From a virus: a DNA stretch of 38,164 nucleotides. Both the position numbers and the translations under genes were made by a program. Shown here in pieces: positions 16,330 to 24,179 of this stretch. How positions within the stretch are numbered: position 1 is the stretch's first letter; each line of letters opens with the position of its first letter. The stretch is from positions 1-38,164 of IMG/VR virus record IMGVR_UViG_3300015341_000001. One strand, written 5' to 3'. The notes under the pieces are model-generated. The model saw only the letters and a program-made list of their open reading frames with translations, was not told the DNA's origin and made no database searches.

Positions 16330-18039
16330 ATGGCTGCTAACGACCGCGTGCTTTCTGTCGACTACACTACAAACCTCCCACCTTCGTCGGTTCTTTCCGC
16401 GTGGGACAGCCGTAACGACACTCGCAACGACACTCGTTACTTGCCCATCGGTTCAGGTAGCGGCAGCGCAAGCAGCTCATCGCCCGACATCGCACCCATC
16501 TTCATCGAAACGCGAGACACCGGGTTGGCCGTCAAGTCGCCCGACAACCTCCGCACCGGGCTGCCGACAACCACCTCCACTGGCGGCGGTTACGCATCCG
16601 AACTGGCCATTGCCGTCACGGGAACCAAGGGCAGCAAAGTCCTCACCTCAAGCGAACCATCCAAAGTTGCAGGCCTGGGAACAAACCGTTTCGCCGCCGT
16701 CCTGAACCGAAGCAACGGCACCGACGACTTCTTCGTCACCGTCATGAGCAACGACGGAACGAGTCAAATCACTTTGCGGCGCGCTCTCGCGGCTGACTTC
16801 GCAGGCACCCTCTCGGCAAAGTACGATGCCGTTCTCGGCCAACACCTCACGCAAGCTGCCACCAAGGCGTACGTCCAGCACGCGCTCCGAGCGAACGGGG
16901 CGACTAGTGGCCGCGGCGGAATCCTCGCGGGCACATGGGACGCGCAACCGCCGACCTACAACCAGGCATGGCAGCCCAACGCAGCGCTTGTCGCCTACGG
17001 CAAAATCAACTCCGCGGCACCCATCATCCGTACCGAGCAGACCATTCAGTCAACGCACAACGTTCTCAGCACCGTCGACTTCCTTGAACTGCACCCGTGC
17101 GTCGCTTCGTCCGGCGTGCAGACCGGAACTCACAAGCTCGGGCATGGTTCCGAAGCGACCATCTACACGGGGCGCAAGCCGGCAGTGTTGGAGTTCTACA
17201 CTTCCGCGCTTCGAAGTGGCGAGAGTGGGACCGGCTACACTCTGCGCGTCACGGCTGTCGCGGACGGGGTAACGCTCTACGACCGCGAACACGATGCGTT
17301 CCTGACCCGCGTGAACGTTCCCGTTTCCGGTTTCGACAAGGTGACCGTGAGCGTCACCAACAACAACAGCACGGACACTCCTTACGCGCTATACCTGTCT
17401 AACTTGCTTCTCCGCGAGGCAGGCTCGAGCGGCAAGGTCGGACGCGGCAAGGTCGTCGTCTTGGGCGACTCGTGGGGTGCTTACTACGACGGTGCACTCG
17501 GCAAGGCCATCGCCTCCAAGGCTGGCTCTGCCGTGGTTACGAAAGCTCTCGGCGGGACAACTACGGATTGGGCGCTCGACTGGTTCGACAGCTACGTGTT
17601 GCCCGAAAAGCCCGACGAGTGCTGGATTCACTTCTTCACCAACGATGCAAACCAGACATCCGGCACGTACGTCGCCCCCGACGGCACCACGAAACCGCTG
17701 TGGCCGTCTGGGCTGACATCTGACCAGTCAATGGCCCGGTGGCGTCAGAACCTGCTCACGCTGATTTTCCGGTGCCAGCAGGCCGGTATCCGCCCGGTCA
17801 TCTTCATGCCTGGCGGTACGGCCTCGGAGTCGCAGATGCAACGGCACACCGTGTGGGCACAGGGGCTTGAACGTCCCGCCCTGGTCAACTACCAGCCCAC
17901 AACCACCGAGCTGGCAGATGCAACCGCCTACGTGAACGTCGTCGGCAAACGGACCGGTGCCGTCATGCAGGTGGGCACGTCCCCCAAATATGCTTCTGGC
18001 CCTGCGCCGGCGGATGCTTGGGTGACAGCCACCGCCTAG
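16330..18039 (+). CDS. SGNH/GDSL hydrolase-domain protein (putative polysaccharide esterase, tail spike-like)
   Basis: The C-terminal region (~17446..17859) has block I VVVLGDSWG, block II KALGGTTT and block III HFFTNDAN. I did not identify a DxxH block V. The N-terminal 370 aa are S/T/G-rich and beta-type. Confidence 0.8.
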   Translation: MAANDRVLSVDYTTNLPPSSVLSAWDSRNDTRNDTRYLPIGSGSGSASSSSPDIAPIFIETRDTGLAVKSPDNLRTGLPTTTSTGGGYASELAIAVTGTKGSKVLTSSEPSKVAGLGTNRFAAVLNRSNGTDDFFVTVMSNDGTSQITLRRALAADFAGTLSAKYDAVLGQHLTQAATKAYVQHALRANGATSGRGGILAGTWDAQPPTYNQAWQPNAALVAYGKINSAAPIIRTEQTIQSTHNVLSTVDFLELHPCVASSGVQTGTHKLGHGSEATIYTGRKPAVLEFYTSALRSGESGTGYTLRVTAVADGVTLYDREHDAFLTRVNVPVSGFDKVTVSVTNNNSTDTPYALYLSNLLLREAGSSGKVGRGKVVVLGDSWGAYYDGALGKAIASKAGSAVVTKALGGTTTDWALDWFDSYVLPEKPDECWIHFFTNDANQTSGTYVAPDGTTKPLWPSGLTSDQSMARWRQNLLTLIFRCQQAGIRPVIFMPGGTASESQMQRHTVWAQGLERPALVNYQPTTTELADATAYVNVVGKRTGAVMQVGTSPKYASGPAPADAWVTATA

Positions 18040-18845
18040 AACGGCGGGGGCGCGTCGGCCGAGCGGGGCACGTAGATTCTTACGGCGCCCCGCTCGTCGC
18101 GTGTGCCGCCGATGAGCTCGAGGCCCTCCGGCGTCATCGCGTGAATCTCAGCAAGCTTGCCGACGCGTTGACGCTCTGGCTGGGGCTGTGCCGCCGCCTG
18201 CGGAACTTTCTGCCCCACCGTGGCAAACGGTGGCGGCTTGGGCTTCTCGTCCGTCACAGCGGCGCTGAGCGGCTGCTGGCGTTCCGGGGTGACCCAGTTG
18301 CCCGATGTGGGCGGCGTGTTCATGTAGTGCCACAAGGCTTGGGCGATCGCCATCGAGTCCCACGCCGCGCCCTTGAGGTCGTGGTTACAGCGAGAGCAGA
18401 GGAGCCCCAGCACGGCGCCCGTCTTGTGATCGTGGTCGACGGCGAGGCGCTTCGACTTCGGGCGCGCGCGGCAGATGGCGCACCTCCCGTCCTGCAGCGT
18501 AAGCAGCTGCTCGTACTGGTCGGCCGTCAAGCCGTACGTCTTCTCGACAGACACGGCGTGGGACTTGGCCGAAGAGCATGCGCGGCAGGTGGTCGCCCCC
18601 TTGCCAAAGTCCGCGTCGTCACGGAACGTCTGGCATGCCGCGCACCATGCGGTGCCGGCAGGCGCTGCAACCTGCATCGCCTTCGTACGTTTCAGCCGCA
18701 ACGCCTCAGGGACCATCGCCAGGCGGCGGCGCGACTCGGCGACCTGCTCACCGATCGGCGCATGACGAAGGGCGCACACCCGACACCGCTGGCGGGGCAG
18801 GTCTTTCGGCCTGACTCCACACTCGCGGCACGGTTGTGCGCCCAT
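18036..18845 (-). CDS. Endonuclease VII-type Holliday junction resolvase with an N-terminal Cys-rich region
   Basis: Motif DGRCAICRARP...LAVDHDHKTGAVLGLLCSRCNHDL matches the Endonuclease_7 family signature. Confidence 0.85.
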   Translation of the reverse strand: MGAQPCRECGVRPKDLPRQRCRVCALRHAPIGEQVAESRRRLAMVPEALRLKRTKAMQVAAPAGTAWCAACQTFRDDADFGKGATTCRACSSAKSHAVSVEKTYGLTADQYEQLLTLQDGRCAICRARPKSKRLAVDHDHKTGAVLGLLCSRCNHDLKGAAWDSMAIAQALWHYMNTPPTSGNWVTPERQQPLSAAVTDEKPKPPPFATVGQKVPQAAAQPQPERQRVGKLAEIHAMTPEGLELIGGTRDERGAVRIYVPRSADAPPPF

Positions 18846-18848
18846 CGG

Positions 18849-19343
18849 TTACTTGTTCTTCTTCGTCTTGGCCTTGGCGGCGGCGAACGCGTCGGACTTG
18901 CGTTCCGCGTTGGCGGCCTCGGCGAAGTCCGCGTCGAGCGCTTCCGCGGCGTCGTGACGGATGAACGTCGCATGCTCCGCCCACACCTTGACTTCTTCGC
19001 CGAGGCCGTTGATGACCGCGAGGAACGTGCCGCCCTGGTCGATGCCGACACTCTCGACGTGGTACTCAGCGAAGGCTTCGCCGGGAATGCTCACGACGTC
19101 GCCCATTCGCCAGTCGCGCTCGACGGGATCGGGAACGCGTTCCGGCTTAGGGGCGGGAACGGTGACGTCAGGGCCGTGATACTCGTTCGGCCCATTCTGC
19201 GCGATGAGCTGCGCGACGGACTCGGCGAGGGCGACGGTCGCCAGGGCATGGATGCGGGCGACATCCCGGTCGGCCTTGGCGAGGTTGGTGACGCGCCTGG
19301 TCCCATCGAGTTCTTCGCGCATCAAGTCAAAGTGGTAGGTCAC
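18849..19343 (-). CDS. Hypothetical protein
   Basis: 164-aa ORF, tightly packed (3-nt gap to the next gene), with coding-like composition. Confidence 0.6.
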   Translation of the reverse strand: MTYHFDLMREELDGTRRVTNLAKADRDVARIHALATVALAESVAQLIAQNGPNEYHGPDVTVPAPKPERVPDPVERDWRMGDVVSIPGEAFAEYHVESVGIDQGGTFLAVINGLGEEVKVWAEHATFIRHDAAEALDADFAEAANAERKSDAFAAAKAKTKKNK

Positions 19344-19489
19344 TTCGCGTCACCGCCAGTGAGGTACGCCTCAAAGGTCTTGGCAATGGCGACGAGCTGG
19401 TCGCCAGTGACTTCGTTGCCTTCGCTGACGGCCGTGATCCCGAGCGCAACCGCGTGATCGAGCGCTTCGCGCTTCACGTCTTTGTCCAT
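19340..19489 (-). CDS. Small hypothetical protein
   Basis: Internal ATG at 19489 (MDKDVKREALDH...). The longer ORF-track version would run through the terminator hairpin. ATGA-type overlap with the next gene. Confidence 0.45.
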   Translation of the reverse strand: MDKDVKREALDHAVALGITAVSEGNEVTGDQLVAIAKTFEAYLTGGDAK

Positions 19490-19535
19490 GATGTTTATCC
19501 AATCCTTGAAAAGCGGGGTAAAGCAAGAAAAGGGG

Positions 19536-19580
19536 GCGGGGCGGCCGGTAGAGGTTCGGGTCAACTACCGACCGCCCCGC
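19536..19580 (-). terminator. Intrinsic terminator on the minus strand
   Basis: 16-bp stem with one mismatch (gcggggcggccggtag / ctaccgaccgccccgc). On the minus-strand RNA it is followed by CCCCUUUUCUUGCUU. Confidence 0.65.
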
Positions 19581-19588
19581 GAGGGGTG

Positions 19589-20062
19589 TTACTGCTTGAA
19601 AGGGTCGACGCTATCGAGGTAGGAGCGGGCGGCGTCTGCATCCTGCTCGCTCACGTCCTCGAGCTGCCACGCCTGCGTGCCGTACTTCGGGTCTTTGATC
19701 TTGACCAGGCGCCCGAGGACCTTGCGCTCTCCGACGAAGCCACGGAGCGAGCCCTGCAGGTAGCGAGGGAAGACCCACGCGTCGAGGTGGAGCTCGGACT
19801 CGGCCGGCTTCTTCTCGTTGATCTCCACGATGTCGGCGACGATGTGGTCTTCGCTCTTGGTCTTGTCGCTGTACGACGGGTGCTGGCCGATGCTCTTCGG
19901 GGTGAAGAGGAACAGCTTGCCGAGGTTGTCGTCGGAGCTGATCTTCCAACCGTCACCACCGCCGGTACCCTCGCTCGGCTGAGCAAAGCTGCCGTCGCCG
20001 CCCTTCTTGGCCTTCTTCTCGGCCTTGTCGCTGTCGTTCTTCTTGCTCTTGTCCTTAGCCAT
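19589..20062 (-). CDS. Lys-rich hypothetical protein, possible ssDNA-binding protein
   Basis: 157 aa with an N-terminal KKNDSDKAEKKAKKGG tail. The beta-rich core is followed by an acidic C-terminus ...YLDSVDPFKQ, reminiscent of the SSB D-(I/P)-P-F tip. It lies next to the exonuclease gene. Confidence 0.6.
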   Translation of the reverse strand: MAKDKSKKNDSDKAEKKAKKGGDGSFAQPSEGTGGGDGWKISSDDNLGKLFLFTPKSIGQHPSYSDKTKSEDHIVADIVEINEKKPAESELHLDAWVFPRYLQGSLRGFVGERKVLGRLVKIKDPKYGTQAWQLEDVSEQDADAARSYLDSVDPFKQ

Positions 20063-20130
20063 GATGCGTTTCCGTTTCTCGTTTGCGTTTTCGGTTGCCC
20101 GTCGCAGGTAGCGGCGGGAGTCTGTGGGTG

Positions 20131-20259
20131 CTACTCGGGTTGAGCTAAGCCAGTTTGGCCACAGGCGAGACAGGGCTCGTCATCGCGCATGTCGCCGCCG
20201 TCGAAGTAGCCTGCTCCAAGGCAGTGGAAACAAACTTCGACCTCTTCGGGGTCGCTCAT
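20131..20259 (-). CDS. 42-aa zinc-ribbon peptide (two CxxCxGxG-like motifs)
   Basis: ATG 20259 overlaps the exonuclease stop (ATGA). Sequence MSDPEEVEVCFHCLGAGYFDGGDMRDDEPCLACGQTGLAQPE. Confidence 0.5.
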   Translation of the reverse strand: MSDPEEVEVCFHCLGAGYFDGGDMRDDEPCLACGQTGLAQPE

Positions 20260-22070
20260 TCGCCCGCCTCGACCCTCGCGTTGAACGCCGCGACCGCAGC
20301 GGGGTCGGCGAGGTCGACCGACTTGTCGATGGCGCGCTTGCCGGTGTTGCGGAACGCGCGACCCTCGGCGGTGATGCGGTTGCCGAGGCGACCGGTCACG
20401 AGGTCGACCGCGTAGATGTGGCACGTGCCGGTTCCCTGCGGCAGGTGAATCACCACGCCCTTCGTGCGCGACAGCTTGAGGTCTTCGCGCTCGTCGGGGC
20501 GCTCCGGGTCGTAGCCCTGCATGCCCGCGTAGTTCTCAAGCTGCAGCGACAGGCTGATGCCGTAGTCGATCGAGCCCGTCTTGATGTCGCTGACGACCCG
20601 CACGGCGCGCTTCATGCCGGGGAACTTCACGAGGCTGATGCGGTCGAGGCGACCGGCGACCTTGCGCTCGTCATCGACGACGAACTTCTCGTACTCGACG
20701 TGCTTGATGCCCGACGCCTCGATCGCACGGCCGTACGCTTCGATGTCAGCGAGGTCCGCCGGCGTGATCTTGCCCTCGGTGAGCAGCTCGGCCACGGCAT
20801 CGATGCCCTCCTTGTCGTAGAGCTCGGCGAGAGCGTGCAGCTCGGTGCCCTTGTTCGCCGCCTCCTTCGAGCCGCCCAGCTCCTCGAGCTCGACAATCAG
20901 GCCGTTGACGCCATCCTTGAACGTCTTTTCGGCGGCGGCGACGAGCGTCGCCAGTTCCCCGACGGCGAGCTTGCCCTTGCGGTCGGCCTTCCGCGCTTTG
21001 GCGATGGCGACGTCGCGGTTGTGCATGAGGTCGCGGATCGTCCCGAGGCGATCGACGATCTCGCCGTCCTCGCCGGGAGTCTGGTCGAGGATGACACCCT
21101 CGAGCAGTTTCCGCTTGGACCACTTCTCGAGGTTCGTCTTGTCCTCGATCAGCTTGATGTACGTCGTGACGCGGGTGTAGCCCTTGAGCTTGCCGTCGGC
21201 GCCCTGCACCTTGTACTGGCCGAGCCCGTTCAGCTTGATGTACGTCGTGACGCGGGTGTAGCCCTTGAGCTTGCCGTCGGCGCCCTGCACCTTGTACTGG
21301 CCGAGCCCGTTCAGCTCGACCTCCGGCTTCGCGTCACTCGGCACCGCGAACGCGGCAGGCTCGGACTCGGCTGCAGCGTCGCTTGTGCCGGCCTCGAAGA
21401 CGCGGCCCTTCTCCGTCTCGACCTCTTCGACCACCTGGTCAACAGCAGACTCGAGCTCGGCCACGGCTTCGGTGGCGTGCTCGACGACAAGCTCGACAGG
21501 TGTCGGCCCCTTTTCGATGACGACCGGCGGCGTGGTCTGCAGCGGCGTGACGCCCTTGACGCGCTTATCGCTGGCGTCTTGCTCGGCGGTCGACGTGGCG
21601 TAGCTGCCGGTCGCCTTGCCGTACGTGTCGTTGTACGCGGCGACGGCCTCGGCGTCGGAGCGGTCGAGCGCTTCGAGCGCGGCCGGGGCGTCACGGCGCA
21701 GACGCTTCGCGCTGACGCGCGCCTTGATCTCCGCGTCAGTGTCGTCGTCGCTCGGAACGGTGACGCCCAGCAGCGCGGCCTCGGCCTTCTTCTTCGCCGC
21801 GGTGGCTGCTGCGATGGCGCCCTTGCTCGAGCCTTTGGCGGTGAGGATGCGGTCGGCCGAAGCAATGATCGACTGGGGTGTCACGCTGTTCTCGACGTCG
21901 GCGGCAGCTTCGGTGACGACGTGCCGGTCAATCGTTTCGAGAATCGGCTTCGGCTTCTTGCTCTTCTTCTTGCCGGCCTTCTTCGCGGCCTTGGCCTCGC
22001 GTTCGGCGAGCTCGGCGGCGAGGGCGGCCTCGCGTTCGGCGAGGCGGCGCTGCTCTTTCTTCTTGCCCAT
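20256..22070 (-). CDS. PD-(D/E)XK (RecB/Cas4/lambda Exo-like) exonuclease with a long low-complexity N-terminal extension
   Basis: Motifs GTELHALAE, AGRLDRI, VSDIKTG (D-x-K) and QLENYAG. ATG 22070 lies 7 nt after GAAGGGA; the ORF-track start at 22121 is a TTG. Confidence 0.8.
   Translation of the reverse strand: MGKKKEQRRLAEREAALAAELAEREAKAAKKAGKKKSKKPKPILETIDRHVVTEAAADVENSVTPQSIIASADRILTAKGSSKGAIAAATAAKKKAEAALLGVTVPSDDDTDAEIKARVSAKRLRRDAPAALEALDRSDAEAVAAYNDTYGKATGSYATSTAEQDASDKRVKGVTPLQTTPPVVIEKGPTPVELVVEHATEAVAELESAVDQVVEEVETEKGRVFEAGTSDAAAESEPAAFAVPSDAKPEVELNGLGQYKVQGADGKLKGYTRVTTYIKLNGLGQYKVQGADGKLKGYTRVTTYIKLIEDKTNLEKWSKRKLLEGVILDQTPGEDGEIVDRLGTIRDLMHNRDVAIAKARKADRKGKLAVGELATLVAAAEKTFKDGVNGLIVELEELGGSKEAANKGTELHALAELYDKEGIDAVAELLTEGKITPADLADIEAYGRAIEASGIKHVEYEKFVVDDERKVAGRLDRISLVKFPGMKRAVRVVSDIKTGSIDYGISLSLQLENYAGMQGYDPERPDEREDLKLSRTKGVVIHLPQGTGTCHIYAVDLVTGRLGNRITAEGRAFRNTGKRAIDKSVDLADPAAVAAFNARVEAGE
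21150..21311. repeat. Perfect 2 x 81-bp tandem duplication inside the exonuclease gene
   Basis: 21150..21230 is identical to 21231..21311, and the next 5 nt also match. It encodes LNGLGQYKVQGADGKLKGYTRVTTYIK twice, in frame. Confidence 0.95.
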
Positions 22071-22104
22071 GGTGCGGTCCCTTCGGGGGTGAGTGTTGAA
22101 CGTA

Positions 22105-22263
22105 TCAGCGACCACCGACAACGGCGTGCGCCGCGTCGAAGGCGTAGATCGTGGAGAGGGTGGCGGCGTAGCCGACCGCCATGAGGCCGATGGTAAGAAC
22201 GACGACCGTCGCGCCTCGGGCGATGCTGCGCCGGCGGTACCAAGCTGCGGTGTGCTTCGTCAT
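22105..22263 (-). CDS. 52-aa single-TM membrane peptide
   Basis: Not in the ORF track (<60 aa). Hand translation gives MTKHTAAWYRRRSIARGATVVVLTIGLMAVGYAATLSTIYAFDAAHAVVGGR. Third positions are G/C-rich and it fills an otherwise empty gap. The SD is weak. Confidence 0.45.
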   Translation of the reverse strand: MTKHTAAWYRRRSIARGATVVVLTIGLMAVGYAATLSTIYAFDAAHAVVGGR

Positions 22264-22283
22264 GGCTTTACGTTAGTGGCGCG

Positions 22284-22574
22284 TCACGCGCTTGTCAAGC
22301 CGTGCGCCCACTGTTCCGCGAAGCGAGCGAAGACGGGGCGACCGTTACTCACCCACCACTCGATGAGCTCGGGCGATGCGTAAGCCTTGGCCGTCGCGCC
22401 GTTGCCTTCGAACAGGTCGAACGCGTCGACGCCGGCGCGACGCCCCCGCTCGTTGAGTAGCGACCCGCGACATGCTTCGGCGGCCTTGTCGTACTCCGCC
22501 GCCTTGTAGTCGTCGAACGCGGCACGAGCTTCGGCACGGGCCTGCATCGCGTACGCGAAGAACGGCTCGGTCAT
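22284..22574 (-). CDS. Hypothetical protein
   Basis: 96-aa ORF with an ATGA overlap with the upstream gene. Confidence 0.6.
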   Translation of the reverse strand: MTEPFFAYAMQARAEARAAFDDYKAAEYDKAAEACRGSLLNERGRRAGVDAFDLFEGNGATAKAYASPELIEWWVSNGRPVFARFAEQWAHGLTSA

Positions 22575-23152
22575 GGTCGCTTCTTCGTGTGCCAGTGGTT
22601 GACGTGCATTGCGGCGCCCGTCTTGGCGTCGTCGTGGTGCTGCTCGTGGAGGGTGAGCGCGTCGGCGGCCGTGGCGTACTGGTCGCCCGAGACGCCATGG
22701 AAGATCAACAAGTGCGCGGCCACGGTCGACACGTCCACCGGCGGTACGTAGTAGCCGACGTTCTCATCCGTCGCCTCGCCGACAAGGTGCGCGCCCATCA
22801 CCTGATCGAGCAATACCTCTGTCGATTCGGTCGGCTTGTCGCTCCACGGGCTGCCCTGCGGCTTCGCGGAACGTTTCGTCGCTGACGGATCGCCAGCCGG
22901 CAGCGCGGTCGCTCGAGGCTCGTCGGCCGCATGCTCTTCCAGTGTCGCCCAGCGCTGCTGCTCTCCGGCGGGGCCCTCGAGCGCGACTAGGGCGACCTCG
23001 CCCTTAGCCTTGACCTCGCTCGAGAACGTGCCGCGGTCACCCTTGACGGTGAGCTTGACGACCTTGCCCTTGCGCTTGGCCTTGACGACCTCGTACGCGT
23101 TGCCGCGCAGCTCGATGCGGTCGCCCCTGTCGAGGTCCGCGTACGTGGTCAT
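22571..23152 (-). CDS. Hypothetical protein (His-rich C-terminus)
   Basis: 193-aa ORF with no gap to the upstream gene. C-terminus LHEQHHDDAKTGAAMHVNHWH. Confidence 0.65.
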   Translation of the reverse strand: MTTYADLDRGDRIELRGNAYEVVKAKRKGKVVKLTVKGDRGTFSSEVKAKGEVALVALEGPAGEQQRWATLEEHAADEPRATALPAGDPSATKRSAKPQGSPWSDKPTESTEVLLDQVMGAHLVGEATDENVGYYVPPVDVSTVAAHLLIFHGVSGDQYATAADALTLHEQHHDDAKTGAAMHVNHWHTKKRP

Positions 23153-23566
23153 CTACTTCGTCACCGCGCGCAGAACGGCAATCAGGGCCCAGACGGGCAA
23201 CCAGAGGCCGAGCGTGATGAGCGACATGATGAGGTGGAAGGTGTGGTTCATCGGTGCGCGCTGCGGCGGCACGACGAACGCCATGCGCGGCTGCGGCTCC
23301 GAGGCGGCGGGACGCGGGCCGTTGTCCTGCAGGATCGACGACGCGACCCAGCTGACGCCGGTCCACCACCGCGTCGTGCCGTCGCCGTACGCGTACCAGC
23401 CGGGGGGCATGCCGTGCTGGGGGCAAGCCACGTTCGGTCCATCGCTGACTACGCTGGCTGGATCGCAAATGCATGTGTTAAACGGCAGCGGTGCCGGCGT
23501 CGCGGCGTGACCGCTGATCGCCTCGGGCTTGGCGGCGGCGTCGCTGTAGTTCTCGTGCTCGGTCAT
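23153..23566 (-). CDS. Membrane protein with a DUF2510-like GW/WW motif and a C-terminal TM helix
   Basis: PPGWYAYGDGTTRWWTGVSW resembles the DUF2510 motif. C-terminal HLIMSLITLGLWLPVWALIAVL. Confidence 0.7.
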   Translation of the reverse strand: MTEHENYSDAAAKPEAISGHAATPAPLPFNTCICDPASVVSDGPNVACPQHGMPPGWYAYGDGTTRWWTGVSWVASSILQDNGPRPAASEPQPRMAFVVPPQRAPMNHTFHLIMSLITLGLWLPVWALIAVLRAVTK

Positions 23567-23784
23567 TTGATCATCTTCCTTCTGAATGCGATGGCGACCG
23601 CGTGCTCGTTGGACGCGGCCCGTAGCTTGGTTCGGGTGTGACCCATCACGGCCCAGACAGTCGCCTGGCTCGTGTGGATGCGGCGGGCGATCTCGTCGGA
23701 GCGCAGCCCGTCGGCGTGGAGGGTGAGGACTAGCGACTCTTGCGGGGAGAGTGGCTGGTCGGCGAGGTAGCCGGTGCGAGGCAT
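23563..23784 (-). CDS. Stand-alone LuxR/GerE-type HTH DNA-binding protein
   Basis: LSPQESLVLTLHADGLRSDEIARRIHTSQATVWAVMGHTRTKLRAASNEHAVAIAF fits the LuxR_C-like HTH pattern. No receiver or ligand domain. Confidence 0.8.
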   Translation of the reverse strand: MPRTGYLADQPLSPQESLVLTLHADGLRSDEIARRIHTSQATVWAVMGHTRTKLRAASNEHAVAIAFRRKMIK

Positions 23785-23787
23785 CGG

Positions 23788-23979
23788 CTACCCGTTCGTC
23801 ATCGCGTCGAACGCGAAGCCGACGATGAGGGCGAAGAAGCTGAACGCGCCGATGAGGTAGAACAGCACGGCGAGCTTCGGGCGGGGCCTTGTGCGCATCT
23901 CGAGCATAAAACTCGCCGCGAAGAACGACGCACCGAGGAGGCCGACGATCAGCGACAAAGCCGTCCAGTAGTCGGTCAC
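23788..23979 (-). CDS. 2-TM membrane protein
   Basis: GTG start overlaps the upstream TGA, 8 nt after AAGGAG. Two hydrophobic helices. Confidence 0.65.
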   Translation of the reverse strand: MTDYWTALSLIVGLLGASFFAASFMLEMRTRPRPKLAVLFYLIGAFSFFALIVGFAFDAMTNG

Positions 23980-24179
23980 GAAACGTCTCCTTGGTCGAGG
24001 TGGGTCACGATGGCGTGAGCAAGGCGGGGGTGGCGGTTGGCGAGCTGCTTACGTTCCCGCGTAGTGAGCTCGGCCCACGCTTCACCCAGCTCGTCACGTC
24101 GGGGCGGGCGTGCTGCAGCTGGGGCGTCGCGGTGGTCGACCTGGAACGGGGTCGGCGTCACGGCATGCTTCCCGGTCAC
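23976..24179 (-). CDS. Small hypothetical protein
   Basis: GTG 24179 overlaps the stop of the beta-helix gene (GTGA). The longer ORF-track version would overlap that gene and is Arg-rich. Confidence 0.45.
   Translation of the reverse strand: MTGKHAVTPTPFQVDHRDAPAAARPPRRDELGEAWAELTTRERKQLANRHPRLAHAIVTHLDQGDVS

Noticed and set aside
16414-16437. 12-nt tandem duplication aacgacactcgc/aacgacactcgt (RNDTRNDTR) in the SGNH gene, and the short direct repeat cccgtcaaggg at 3970 and 4003.
   Set aside because: They are too short to distinguish from slippage or chance, and no functional context is visible.
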